A stretch of DNA of 64,000 bases from Eledone cirrhosa (taxonomy: Eukaryota), in NCBI GenBank assembly GCA_964016885.1, contig OZ024761.1, positions 21,142,001 through 21,206,000 on the forward strand, written 5' to 3'. The notes under the pieces were generated by a model that saw only the letters and a program-made list of their open reading frames with translations, was not told the DNA's origin and did no database searches. The position numbers and the translations under genes are program-made. Shown here one piece after another: positions 1 to 13,612 of this stretch (position 1 is the first letter of the stretch; each line of letters opens with the position of its first letter).

Positions 1-499
1 TCTTCCGTAAATTAATTAATTTTTTTTTTGTTTTTTTTTTGTCAATTGCTTCTGTCAACATTCTTCTTAATGACATCCGCAGAGATTGTTTACACACATA
101 CACACTCACACATATATTCATACACACACATACATATGCATATACACTCAAACAGACTTACATACACATACATATACATTATACACTCAAACGCGCTTAC
201 AAGCACATACATACACATACATGCAAACATACACACATACATTCACACACACACACCTACACCCTTACACACACACACACACACACACACTCAAACTCAC
301 ATCTACACACTCATGCACACACACACACACACACTTACATCTATACATTCATGCACACACACACATCTACACACACACACTCACATCTACACACACACAT
401 CTCCACACACATACATATAGTCTTGGAAAAACTAAGTTTTATTCTTCTAGAAATCTAGAAAACATTAACTCTAAAAAAACTTTAGAAATTCTTTATTTA

Positions 500-666
500 C
501 CGTATTTCCCGGCGTCGAAGATGCTTTTTTTCCCTAAACTAAGTCTCAAAAATCTACCATGAGTCCTGGAGGCAGAAGGTTGTTTATTATTTTTTTTCAA
601 ATTTATGGTTGTCAAAATTAGGGTGGGTCCTTGGGGACGAAGTGTCTTCAGCACCAGGAAATACGG
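500..666. mobile_element. Tc1/mariner (pogo-like) MITE
   Basis: TIRs CCGTATTTCCcGGcGtcGAAGA / TCTTCagCaCCaGGAAATACGG flanked by TA on both sides. Confidence 0.7.
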
Positions 667-1661
667 TATATATATTTTATCTCAATTAGTTTCCAAACAT
701 TGTGATAATCAGGGGTTTTATATAAAGTCTTCTTCTTGTGTCATCCATCTATCGAAGGTGAAGCCTTCATTTTGCTTTATCTAATGGCTAGAATATATGC
801 AACTCACCACACCTACATACTCATAAATTTCTCTGCTAACTGGAACAGTTATGCCAACCCATTTTCAAATTAATAGATCATCTACAAAGACACTTAGTTA
901 AAGGGTTAATATTTACTTCTTAAAACCCATGATTATCACAAAGTTGTGAAACCAGTTAGGTTAATATAAATAAACTGAAAGATTTTAAGTGTATCTACGA
1001 CATAATATATATAAACATATCTTCCATCTTCTCAAATTTTCTCTCTGGCTTTTGAACCCTGTAAAACCTTTTACTGCTTTGTAAAAAACCTCTTCTTCTT
1101 CTTCTTCTTCTTCTTCTTCTTCTTCTTCTTCTTCTTCTTCTTCTTCTTCTTCCTGGCTTTAGAAAAGACTATTCTAGAACATTATTAGTGTTAGCTGCTT
1201 CCAGCTAAAAGTCTTAATCTCGCTTTCGCTTTTGCACAAATATTCCTGATTGAAGCAACATTAAATTTTAGCCAATATATTTATATTTATTTATAATTAT
1301 TTATATTTATTTATATTTATTTATTTTTGTGTGTTTTTGATGGTTGATTGCTTTTCTTCTTTTTTTATTTTCTATTTTTTTTTATTATTTTTATTTTCTA
1401 TTTTTTTTTTCTATTTTTTTTTCTTTTGTCTTTTTTTTTTTTTTCTATAGTATCAACTATTATTTTAGTTGCTTTGTTTTCTTTTAACAACAATAATAAT
1501 AATAGTCATTTCATTTATTGGCCACAAGTACCGACATGTAGGGGACAATACAAAGACAGGGACAGTGGGGGTTTACAATAAGGTCGAGTAAAAGTGCACA
1601 ATGGCGAGACTAATTTAACAATGAAGATATAAAAAATATATATAAAATAAACTATGCATCA

Positions 1662-1699
<38 letters not shown>

Positions 1700-1700
<1 letters not shown>

Positions 1701-1890
1701 GGGCGGTGAATTGGCAGTATCGGTAGAGGGTCGGACGCCATGCTTTGATGCATAGAGTTACGGCCCTTTACGGTCTGAGTTCAAATCCCGCCGAGGTTAA
1801 CTTTTCCTTTCAACCTTACGGGGTCGATAAAATAAAGTACCAGTAATACACTGGAGTAATTGCTGGCCTTGTGTCAAAAAGTAGAAACAA
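1700..1890 (+). mobile_element. tRNA-derived SINE (family 1)
   Basis: A-box tggcagtatcggta, B-box gagttcaaatccc, body ccgaggttaact..ggggtcgataaaataaagtaccag, (tta)n tail. Related pieces at 2917-3270, 12960-13050, 19335-19475, 23120-23190, 34585-34757(-) and 42915-43060(-). Confidence 0.7.
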
Positions 1891-2036
1891 TTATTATTAT
1901 TATTTTTATTTTCTTTCATTATTGTTTCTGAGATATATGCCGAATGTCTTCCCGACACCTAGGGCAAATAAATTCACTGTGTGCATTGGTAAGCCAGTTA
2001 ATAAAGCACATTGATTATAATTTTTTTTAAAAAAAA

Positions 2037-2067
<31 letters not shown>

Positions 2068-2217
2068 TACATAATCTACGTCAACAAGTTCTTTATTTTG
2101 TTTATGCTTTTTTTTGTGTTTGTTTTTTTTATAATTTTTAAATATTTACTTTAATTATTTGGACTGTTTTTATTATAACCATTTGTTGATTTTACATATA
2201 TTTTTTATTATTATAAT

Positions 2218-2257
<40 letters not shown>

Positions 2258-2259
<2 letters not shown>

Positions 2260-2449
2260 CGAAGGAATTGTGGTAAGGAACCAGATGGGCCATAACGCAC
2301 CAGAGTACTCAATACTTAGGGTAGTAGAGTGGGAAATAGGAAAAATGTATGATCCCGACGGCAGAGCTCAAGCCGTTTCGACGGCTATTTTGAGTCCAGA
2401 AATAGCCGTCGAAACGGCTTGAGCTCTGCTGTCGGGATCATACATTTTT

Positions 2450-2454
<5 letters not shown>
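2258..2454. mobile_element. Fold-back dispersed repeat (family B), in (TA)n
   Basis: 55-bp arms (2336-2390/2400-2454). Related copies at 25263-25437, 30670-30865, 41630-41772 and 57178-57240. Confidence 0.6.
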
Positions 2455-2490
<36 letters not shown>

Positions 2491-2849
2491 AAAAATATAT
2501 GAAAAATATTATACATATTATATATAAAAAAAAGAACAAAAAGGGAAAAAAGAAGAGAAGAGAGAAGGGAAAAGGAAAGGGGAGGAAGAAAAGAGAGTCC
2601 ACGCTGTAGTGTGGTCGCGTAGGTAACACGGTAAAAAGCTCCCAGTTCCACACTATAAATGTGGTTGGTGTTAGGAAGGGCATCCAGCCTTAGAAAACCT
2701 GCCAGACAGTCCTATATGAGCGAGACACGGTCACTCGACCATGATACATGATCCAGTATCTCCTGAAAGAGTCGTAGGGGCCCCATATTGAGATATGGTG
2801 TTTCTGGAGTACTTTAAAACCTTGTGGAGCCCATCTCCTCCCTAGGCCA

Positions 2850-2898
<49 letters not shown>

Positions 2899-3302
2899 TA
2901 TTATTTTACAAAAAAAAGGCTGTTAGATTGGCAGAATCGGTAGAGCATCAGATAAAACACTGTTGTATTGTTTGTTCTGGCTCTTTACGTTCTGAGTTAA
3001 AATATCCCGCTAAACCCAGCTTTGCTACCTTTCGTCTTTCTTGGGTCAATAGAGCATCAGACAACATTCCTTATGGCATAGTGTTATGTCCCTTTACATT
3101 CTGAGTTGAAATCCCACTGAGGTTAGCTTTGCCCTATATCCTTACAGGGTTTGATAAAATAAAGTACCAGTCATGTACTGGGGTTGATTTAATCAACTTT
3201 AACCACCACCACCACCACCCCCCAAAAAAGAAAGTAATTTGCTGGTTTTGTGTCCAAATTAGTTCAAATTATATCTTTGTTTTGTTTGTTTTATTTCGGC
3301 AG

Positions 3303-3405
3303 GTCCCACCAGATAGATCTGCATTCCATTCTCCAATTCGAAGACCTTCCAGTAAAGCTAATGATAGAAGAACTTCACAGCATGGTATGAACATCCCTGC
3401 TATTG
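3303..3405 (+). CDS. RIMBP2: RIMBP exon A ([11 protein letters not shown]...NIPAI)
   Basis: Acceptor ttatttcggcag|; donor ttg|gtaaat at 3406 (alternative catg|gtatga at 3385). Both are phase 1, matching the next exon. Confidence 0.7.
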
Positions 3406-3431
3406 GTAAATAAAACATTTTCTTTATATAT

Positions 3432-3466
<35 letters not shown>

Positions 3467-6400
3467 AGCACCCAGTACACTCTTTAAAGTAGTTTGTGTT
3501 AAGAAGGGCATCCAGCTGTAGAAAGCTTACCATACAAAGGGCTGAGAGGATCCTTCAGTTGTGTCAAAGGCATAACAGCCTCTTTAGTGTTGGTGACCTA
3601 CAAGATAAATGCACCCTGTACACTCTGTAAAGTGGTTGGTGTTAGGAAGGGCATGTACAGTCTTAGAAATAACTGTTAAATAAAGTTTTTTAAATTCTTA
3701 AAAATGTTTGAATTAGCAAGGGAGATAATTTTAATCAGATCAGTTAAATGAAATTTCCAAAACATATATACATCCTTAATTCCTTTAACAATTGTGACTG
3801 TTTCAGAAATAACGAGAGATAGTAGTACAGAAAGAGGGAATTCATTTGAGGACGAGGAGGAACCTAGTTTACAGAAAAAAAGATCCATAGAAGACAAAAC
3901 GAAAGGATTCTCGTCTCGTAAGAAAGTAGATGAAGTTGACGGCACGTATAAATCTCCCAACAGTTCAACACCAAAACAGAAAGAAAACCCTGTAGAAAAA
4001 TGTTCAGGGAATTCAAATAGCCATCGATGGCGGACTGAGATTACACCAGATCGTATAGTAGGGTCTCCTAACTCAGTTAAAGTGAGACCCAGCAGTTCGG
4101 GTCGAGATTGTGAGATGTGCTACGAAGACAACAGTAATGTAAGACGAGGAGGTGGAGGAGGAGTTGGTGTTCACACGATGCGGTTATTCGTAGCCCTGTT
4201 TGACTATGACCCAGCTGTCATGTCACCTAACGCAGACGGATCAGATGCGGAGCTTCCATTCCAAGAGGGAGATTTTATCAAGGTGGGTTTCCATACATTT
4301 GTTTGTTCTTTTTTGTAGGTTTCCATTGTTTTGTTTTGTTTTTTGGTGGGTTTCCATGTATTTGTTTTTTTTTTTCTTTTGTGGGTTTCCATACATTGTT
4401 GTGTTTTTTTTGTGGGTTTCCATACATTTGTTTTTTTTTTGGGGGGGGGGGGGTAGTTTTTTTCCCCTGTGATAATCAGATTCGAAGAGATTTCAGGAAA
4501 TATAACCACCAATTTATCATCATCATCATCATCATCATCATCATGAGTGACCCTCAATCATTATTATTATTATTTTGTAGATATTTGGCGATTGTGGTGC
4601 CGATGGATTTTACAGAGGAGAAGCAAACGGCAAGCTTGGTTACGTACCTGGCAACATGGTTACTGAGGTGAAGGTCAGGGACCCGAATATGGTACAGCAG
4701 CTGTTAAAAGACAATACCAGCACGTCTAGTGGAGAGAGCAGTAGCACTCCTAGTAAGTAGAGTTAACTCCCTTTGGTGTGTTGTAGAGTAGACACCAGTT
4801 AACTCCCTTTGGTGTGTTGTAGAGTAGACACCAGTTAACTCCCTTTTGTGTGTTGTAGAGTAGACACCAGTTAACTCCCTTTGGTGTGTTGTAGAGTAGA
4901 CACCAGTTAACTCCCTTTGGTGTGTTGTAGAGTAGACACCAGTTAACTCCCTTTGGTGTGTTGTAGAGTAGACACCAGTTAACTCCCTTTTGTGTGTTGT
5001 AGAGTAGACACCAGTTAACTCCCTTTGGTGTGTTGTAGAGTAGACACCAGTTAACTCCCTTTGGTGTGTTGTAGAGTAGACACCAGTTAACTCCCTTTGG
5101 TGTGTTGTAGAGTAGACATCAGTTAACTCCCTTTGGTCTGTTATAAGAGGTGATTAAAACCTGTTGGCTGCCTCGGGAAGAAGAGTCCTGTCCTGACCTG
5201 TCAAACCCATGCCAGCATGGAAATGATGATGATACGTTGTTTTTGTGTGCTATAGGAGGTGATTAGAACCTGTTGGATCCCCCAGGAAGGGGAGTCCTCT
5301 TCTCTCCTGTCCTGTCAAACCCATGCCAACATGGAAAATTGGACATAAAAACAACAATGAGGGTTCTATTTTTCTGAGTGTGTTTGTATTTGTATTTGTA
5401 TTTTCAGCCAAAGAGAATTATCTTTCCAAATCACTATATAGGAGCGCTGACCTCACGAACTCTGGCCTAGGCCCCGGCAAACTTATGGTTGCTCTCTACG
5501 ACTATGACCCTCGGGAGCTCTCACCTAATGTCGATGCTGAGGTAAGAAAAAATTACATTTTCTTTTTGTGTTTGTTTGTAAAAAATATGGTAAAAGCTTC
5601 CTCTAGCTTCAATGTTTAGCCTTTTATGTAGAAGGAAGATGCAGTAGAGGAAGACCACGAAAAACATGGGTGGAGGTGGTGAGAGCAGACTTCAGATCGC
5701 TGAAGCTCACGGTGGAGATAAAGAAGGACCGTGACAAGTGGAGAGATGCTGTGTTGAATAGGACCCATCCCACCCTTGCAAGCAGGGAAAAGCGGACGTA
5801 AAATGATGATGATGATGATGATGATATATATATGAAGGCACATGACTTAGTGGTTAAAGTGTTTGGCTTACAATCAGGATGTTGTCGGTTCGATTCTGCC
5901 AAGAACTTAGATGGGACATCTGCCTACATCCTGCTATCATACAGACCCATGTTTTAATGAGGGCTCAGATGGTCCAGGAATCTCCATCTTGTTTACGTTC
6001 ATTCCTTCTTCTTCTTCATTACATAACTGCTTTTGCTCTACTGAGAACTCAGAGGGGCTAGGGGTCTACATTTCCTATACATACCTGTGTTCTACTGGGA
6101 GCTCAGGGGGGCTAGAGGGTCTGTATTTCACATACATACATACACAGCTGTGCTCTACTGAGAGCTCAGAGGGGCTAGAGGTCGGTATTTCACATACATA
6201 CCTGTGTTCTACTGGGAGCTCAGACAAGTTAGGCCTCAGCATTTCACATACATACACACCTGCACTCTACCAAGTTCTCTCTCTCTCTCTCAGGTGGAAC
6301 TGGCATTCAAAGTGGGAGACTTTATAACAATCTATGGTGACATGGATGATGATGGTTTTTTTATTGGTGAAATGAAAGGACAAAAAGGCTTGGTGCCTTC

Positions 6401-7981
6401 TAACTTCATCCGAGCAGCTACAATGTCCGCAGAAGATATGCATCGGGACATGGATGCTCGGGACGAAGACCGAGACGAGGTACAGAGGAAAGCTAAATTG
6501 TCGCTGAAAATAGACTCAGAATTAAACCAAGTAAGTAATGTCCAGTTCTCTGTTTCATCTGGTTCAATGTCCAGATCTCTCTGTTTATTTGGCTCAATGT
6601 CCAGATCTCTCTGTTTATTTGGCTCAATGTCCAGATCTTTCTGTTTATTTGATTCAATTCTACCACCCGTATAGTGGTAATCTTGGAATTTCTTAAGTTA
6701 AGGACCGAAACAGTTACTTGAGGGGGAGGGGTTTCTTCTCTGAAGATCTTCTGTTGTCCAGCTCTCCCGAGAGTTTCTGAAACCTTTTGATACCAAACCT
6801 CCCGGAAACGCTTGAAACAACTCCTCGTTCTACAATATAAAGCTATTTAAAAACATTTATATTTATCTACAAAATTAAAACACTGTTTATCATTATTTTA
6901 TGTAAGAACCTTTATTCATTTATGTTCCAAACACCAGTTTAATAATGAGAAAGTCTGTTATATTATTAAATTCCGCCAAATCTTTTTTGGTTATTTTCAA
7001 AATGATTTGAAAATTATAAAGAGTGTCTTTCATCAGAAATATGGTAAGAAAAGGGTTAAAATGTTTATATATGTTTCAAATTCCAGCTTAAATTTGAGAA
7101 AGTTAACCTCATTATTAAATCCTTCCAAATTGTTGGTTATTTTCAAAATGGTAACAAAAAAATTATAGATAAATTCCAATGACAAAGGATTTCTCTACCT
7201 GAGGCTGTATTAGATACGTTAGAAGACAGTTGTCTAAATTTGTCCAAAGTTCTGCTCAGTGTGGTCAAACCCCCAAATGTCTAAATTTGTCCAAAGTTCT
7301 GCTCAGTGTGGTCAAACACCCAAATGTCTAAATTTGTCAAAAATTCTGCGAAGTGGGGGTCAAACCCCCAAATGTCTAAATTTGTCAAAAATTCTGCGAA
7401 GTGGGGTCAAAGCCCCAAATGTCTAAATTTGTCCAAAGTTCTGCACAGTGGGGGGTCAAACCTCCAAACCATGCTGTTGCAAAAACAAACATTTTAAGCC
7501 CTTCCCCAGAGCTATCTGAGCCTTTTAGCTTCTCTCTTTCTTCAATTCAGCTTCCTACTGAACGTGACCAAAGGAATTGAAATTCTGCCAACCCAACATT
7601 TTCAACATTGCCCAGGTGTAAAAGGAGTAAGTGCAGCCTTGCACTCAACATAGCTACAGTTTTAGCATCACCAACTAACGCTCTTTTTTACCTCCCTTTG
7701 TTACCTGTCCTTGTTACCTCCCCTTTGTTAAAACTTAGAGATGGTCATACTTACTGCATCTGTAGCTCAATAGAGGAACGGCTTCCGGCTTCCCTTTGCT
7801 TTCTTCTCCCCCGAAGGAATTGAACCCCAGCACTCTGAATTTACATAACACTCGTTACTAATATATTTTATTTATAATAATAATATCACATGTTAACTAT
7901 TAACTTAACTCTTTATACTAATACTAACACTAACAATCGTTAGTTATAAGTATTGCTTACAATATCACTTACTAATTAACT

Positions 7982-8027
<46 letters not shown>

Positions 8028-8084
8028 GGTTAATTAGTCTCTAATGCCCAAACATCTCAATGAAATAGAGTTTTTTCTCATTTA

Positions 8085-8137
<53 letters not shown>

Positions 8138-8139
8138 TG

Positions 8140-8180
<41 letters not shown>

Positions 8181-8185
8181 GCACG

Positions 8186-8225
<40 letters not shown>

Positions 8226-9404
8226 CATGCTTGCGTGGAAGATAGACGTTAAACGATGATGATGATGATATATATGCTTTTTACTAACATTTCTATAACA
8301 CTGATATTGATTTTGTTTAAATGTTTTCTTCATGTCTCTAATACCTGGAAGTTGATTACTTTCACAACTTCTACTTGAAGCTACCTTTACTTTTTACTTC
8401 TTAATAATGAAATAATTTATAATTTTAGTAAATCTCTCAAAATTCTTTCAATAATTAATTAATTGAAATAGAGTGTATTTCATTGGTAATATGGTCGTGA
8501 AAAATAGATTGATACTATAAACCTCTGAATTAACAAACTTGTTATTTTTAAATATTTTATATTAATAATGAAATAATTTATAATTTTAGAAATGTTGTCA
8601 TGAAAGGGTTAAATTAACAAACCTGTTTTAATACTACAAACATTTAAATAACAAACCTGTTTTAATACTACAAACATTTAAATAACAAACCTGTTTTAAT
8701 ACTACAAACATTTAAATAACAAACCTGTTTTAATACTACAAACATTTAAATAACAAATCTGTTTTTAATACTACAAACATTTAAATAACAAACTTGTTTT
8801 TAATACTACAAACATTTATATAACAAATCTGTTTTTAATACTACAAACATTTATATAACAAAATTGTTTTTAATACTACAAACATTTAAATAACAAACCT
8901 GTTTTAATACTACAAACATTTAAATAACAAACCTGTTTTTAATACTACAAACATTTAAATAACAAACTTGTTTTTAATACTACAAACATTTAAATAACAA
9001 ATCTGTTTTTAATACTACAAACATTTAAATAACAAACTTTTCTACTAAATCATTATAAGATATTATGAGTTAATATTTGTTGTTGTTCTAACTTTATTCT
9101 AAGTGTGCTGGTGTTTTATGTTTTTTCTTCTCTTTCTTCCTCTCCTCCTCCTCTCTCTTTCACAGAGACTCTCTAAATTCCAACTGATGGAATGTCTGTG
9201 TAATTTCAGATTCCTGGTATGGGAAGTAAATCGCTGTCTGAATGTAAACTTGATGGGAGTGTCCGTCCTGCTTCTGCTCCTCATTCTGATGATGATCGGA
9301 AAAGCAAACGTAAAGGAGGTCTGTCGTCCGCCCATAGCATGAGCTCTATGGGGGCTGGGCTTCTTTCTAAAGGGAAGAACATTTTCAAAAAGTTTACCAG
9401 ATAA
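3303..9404 (+). CDS. RIMBP2: RIMS-binding protein (RIMBP2/RBP-like), 3' part of a spliced gene, 6 coding exons (5' part outside window)
   Basis: Exons 3303-3405, 3807-4282, 4581-4752, 5408-5541, 6294-6530 and 9210-9404 join in frame via GT-AG introns (phases 1,0,1,0,0). They encode two SH3 domains of RIM-BP type: '[34 protein letters not shown]|[27 protein letters not shown]' and '[19 protein letters not shown]|[39 protein letters not shown]'. Confidence 0.9.
3807..4282 (+). CDS. RIMBP2: RIMBP exon B (low-complexity linker plus first half of an SH3)
   Basis: tgtttcag| acceptor, aag|gtgggt donor; contains the ALFDYDP SH3 signature. Confidence 0.9.
4581..4752 (+). CDS. RIMBP2: RIMBP exon C (second half of SH3)
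   Basis: ttttgtag| acceptor, cta|gtaagt donor; [30 protein letters not shown] completes the SH3. Confidence 0.9.
4762..5140. repeat. 36-bp minisatellite, about 10.5 copies
   Basis: gttaactccctttggtgtgttgtagagtagacacca head-to-tail, no spacers. Confidence 0.95.
5408..5541 (+). CDS. RIMBP2: RIMBP exon D (start of last SH3)
   Basis: tttttcag| acceptor, gag|gtaaga donor; [19 protein letters not shown]. Confidence 0.92.
5625..5825 (+). mobile_element. RTE-clade LINE 3' end
   Basis: [28 protein letters not shown] plus (GAT)n tail; related copy at 40800-41040(-). Confidence 0.75.
6294..6530 (+). CDS. RIMBP2: RIMBP exon E (end of last SH3)
   Basis: (ct)n-cag| acceptor, caa|gtaagt donor; [38 protein letters not shown]. 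Confidence 0.92.
7231..7465. repeat. 47-bp minisatellite, about 5 copies
   Basis: tgtctaaatttgtccaaagttctgctcagtgtggtcaaacccccaaa. Confidence 0.9.
8615..9040. repeat. 34-35-bp minisatellite, about 12 copies
   Basis: taacaaacctgttttaatactacaaacatttaaa. Confidence 0.92.
9210..9404 (+). CDS. RIMBP2: RIMBP terminal coding exon (IPGMGSK...[15 protein letters not shown])
   Basis: aatttcag| acceptor at 9209, phase 0 as required, open to TAA at 9402-9404. A competing acceptor at 9165 gives a different, less protein-like frame. Confidence 0.7.
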   Translation: MPGMGSKSLSECKLDGSVRPASAPHSDDDRKSKRKGGLSSAHSMSSMGAGLLSKGKNIFKKFTR

Positions 9405-10409
9405 TATACGGGTCCTCTCTTGAAATGTTGAAAAAATAGCAATGAACAATAATAATGACGATGATAATGATGATACATATCAGGAAAATTGAAAACAGAT
9501 TTTTTTTTTCAAAAGATTTTGTCAAATTAACAAAAAATGAAAAAAAATTAGAAAATTTAACAAAGAAAGAAAGAAACAAGGACAAACCTGTCTACGGAAT
9601 TGGCCGAGTTGCCAAAAAGATATCTTGTGTTGAACCAGAGAATGTAAATTCTATGATTTACTAATACTAATACTAATATTACTACTACTACAACCTTGAT
9701 TTCTACAGAAGGGGCTGGGATCCTTTCTAAAAGGAAGAACTTTCCATTAAAAAAAAACAACAGGGTTTTACCAGATAACACCCCCACACCCCCTCTCTCT
9801 GGTGAAATTATTGGACAATACATATCATGAAAAAAAGGTTTACCCGATAACACATACAAGTCCCTATCATGGAAATTGAAGGGATTTTGTTCGATTTAGT
9901 TTGGTTTTTTTTCAAGAAAATTTTACAAACTAACGCCCCCTCTCTTTCACCTTTAAAAATATAACCCCCTATCCCCTTTTACCACCACCAGCCCCCATAA
10001 AAAAAATACAAACAGACGAACAAGCTGACAAAATCAAGGGATTTGGGCCAAGTTACCAAAATACCTTACGTTGAATAAACGAGAGCGTGATGTAAACCCT
10101 GTGATGTACTGATACTACTATAATTACTAGCAGGGGTTGAATTAAAATCCTTCTGAGGTCATAAAGCACTTAAAACGTAATTGTGACCCCTCCTCCCACT
10201 ACCCCCCAACCCACCCCTACCCACCTTATATAAAGTCTGCAAAAAAAAAATTATCACTTTTTTTTTTTGGTAATGATAAATACATTAAATTTAAATCAAG
10301 TGGTGACCCTACCTTTTCCAGTGATGCCCTAAATAAAATGGTACTCCTGTTCCTATGGTGCCCCTTTTCCAGTGATGCCCTAAATAAAATGTGTCCCCTC
10401 CTTCATTAA

Positions 10410-10658
10410 CCCTTTAGCATTTACATTACTCTATATATACTATTATATTTTCACGGTAAACACTTTACCTCACATAATATCGAATCTATGAGAGTTTGAT
10501 ATTTATTTTGAGAACAATACCTTAACATCAGTATGAGTGGCTAGTTATGGCCGGTTTGCATAGAAAGAGGTGAGAGAATCCTGGCCGGTTACAGCCAGTT
10601 TTAACAGAAAGAGATGAGAGAATTCTGGCCAGATACGGTCGGTTTAAATGCTAAAGGA
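10410..10658. mobile_element. piggyBac-like MITE
   Basis: TTAA-CCCTTTAGCATTTA ... TAAATGCTAAAGGA-TTAA; a second partial copy at 14555-14720. Confidence 0.72.
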
Positions 10659-11094
10659 TTAATATCATAAATGAAATGTTGCCCCTTTTTCATTAATGCC
10701 CTAAACATGTGCTTATTTTTGCTTACTGGTAAATCCAGCCCTGACCACCACCACCACCACTACTACTACTAATAATACCACTACTACTACTACAAACGAG
10801 ACAAGTGTAAAAACATCCAGTGGAACTTGATGTAGACCATTGAATCAATGGTCTTCAGTTTGAAGATGTTGTTTTTGTTGTTGTTTTCTTCAACTTCAAC
10901 TGGTCAGACATCAGAGAATCTCTTTTATTTTATTTTATTTATATTTATATATATATATTTATTTTTTTTGCTCAGTGCCATCTTAACACACACATATATA
11001 CATATATAATATACATACATATATACGAACCCACATACATATTTAAATATATAAATACATAGTACATATATATACATATATCAATACATACATA

Positions 11095-11188
<94 letters not shown>

Positions 11189-11232
11189 GCATATATAGAT
11201 ATATTTATATATATATATATATACACACATGC

Positions 11233-11305
<73 letters not shown>

Positions 11306-11344
11306 CATGCATATATAAATATATACGCATACGTATATATACAT

Positions 11345-11628
11345 ATTTTGTTTTGCAAGGTTTTTTATATGAAATCGTGTGTTGAAACAAATATTGTTAT
11401 ACTTGGGGAGGGTCATATTGTTATAATAATATTGCCAGAAATAATAACAGAACACACTCACTGTTTGGTCAATCAATGATAAACATTGAATGCCAGATAC
11501 AATTAACTATGGAGATATAAAAGATACAGAAGCGAAAACCAACCCAAACGAAGCAGTGAGTGTGTTTCTGTTATTATTTCTAGTAATATTACAACAATAT
11601 GACATTCCCCAAGTATAACAATATTTAC
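11345..11628. mobile_element. Fold-back remnant of the same Penelope-like family
   Basis: 11390-11468 is inverted relative to 11545-11626; homologous to 52080-52230; lies between (TA)n tracts. Confidence 0.6.
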
Positions 11629-11669
11629 ATATATATATACATACACACAGACACACACACATATATATA

Positions 11670-11739
<70 letters not shown>

Positions 11740-11744
11740 CACAG

Positions 11745-11995
<251 letters not shown>

Positions 11996-13351
11996 GAAAC
12001 AACCCCTACACTGGGAATCAGTTTGTAACAGATGATAAAGACAAAAGAGAGAGAAACGGGTTTCTTAAAACACGTCACTGACTGGCAAAAAAAAAAAAAG
12101 GAATGATAAAAATACCGATATATTTGCAATTGTTAAAGAATGGGGTTTGGGGTAGGGAAGGGTTCGGGTGGGGTAGGGAAGGGGTTGAACCAACAGTGAT
12201 GTGTGACTCCAGTGATCAAAAGACCCCGTTTTTCCTTTTTGAACTTTGAGAGGGTTATGTGTTGTATTTTTTTTTTTTTGTTGATGATGTTGTTGTTGTT
12301 ATTGTTTGTTTGTTGTTTGTTTGTTTTTCCAACTAAGTTTATCCCCCCCCCCCATTACCACCACCATCACCACCATCCCAATCAATGTTGGTGGACGTCT
12401 GAGCAAAATATTTAAAACCAAAAAGCCAACCAAAATTTCTTCAACAAAAATATTGCCAAAATTTGAAGAAATAGACAATAATAATAATAATAACTGTTTC
12501 TACGTTAGGCACAAGGCCAGCAATTACCCCAGTGTATTACTGGTATATATGTGTGTGTGTGCGTGTATATATATATATATATATAGCATACAAAAAATAG
12601 CCCTACTATGGACTCTACTCACAATATTATGAGGACTACTCTCAATATAACACCACACTGCACATACCCAAGGTGCATAGAGCTGTGCTCAGTAATGCAG
12701 GGATAATGCGTAAAATAATAATAATGATGTTGATAATGATGATGATGCAAGGTTTTAAGGTCATACAGAAGTGTTTCTTGGTACAGGAGAGGATTTGAAG
12801 GGAACTCTTGTCTATGTAAGGCATAAGTGAGGGACCTTTATCAACTTATTGTTGACAGTTTCCTAACTGAAATATCCCAGATCATTTTGAGGGACCCCCC
12901 ACAGGTCTACAATCACCCCCTGGCTATAATAATAATAATGATTTGTCATAATAATAATAGGGTCGGACGCCATGCTTTGCAGCATAGAGTTACGGCCCTT
13001 TATGGTCTGAGTTCAAATCCGTCAAAGTTAACCTCGGCGGGACTTGAACTAGGCAGATACATAACCCAAACCCCAGGACTTACATATTTACCTCCCTTCT
13101 GTGATCGTTGTATCGTGTTAATTTCTCCCTCCGCCTCTCGAGAATTATTCACTTGTTATGATTGGGTCAAGGAACAGTCTACTAACTGAGGGGTCCCTTG
13201 ATAAGCCTTATTAACCTCACAATGATGGTGCACTTCTATAGTGCAGGATTGCTGTAACGCAATTTGGGGAAACTGCAGTCGGGACTTTGAAGAAAAAATA
13301 GGTATATTTTTGTCCATTATTTCCTCACTTTTTTTATTTGATATATATATA

Positions 13352-13553
<202 letters not shown>

Positions 13554-13574
13554 TATATATATATATATATATAT

Positions 13575-13612
<38 letters not shown>

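Noticed and set aside
4762-5140. 36-bp repeats of CRISPR-like length
   Set aside because: Head-to-tail with no unique spacers, inside a spliceosomal intron, no cas genes.
6740-6795. CTGAAGA...GAAAccttttgaTA hammerhead-like string
   Set aside because: No stem I or stem II complementarity.
9166-9342. Alternative RIMBP last exon from the stronger-looking acceptor at 9165
   Set aside because: Gives a hydrophobic, atypical frame ([11 protein letters not shown]...); the 9210 frame is more plausible, though not excluded without RNA data.
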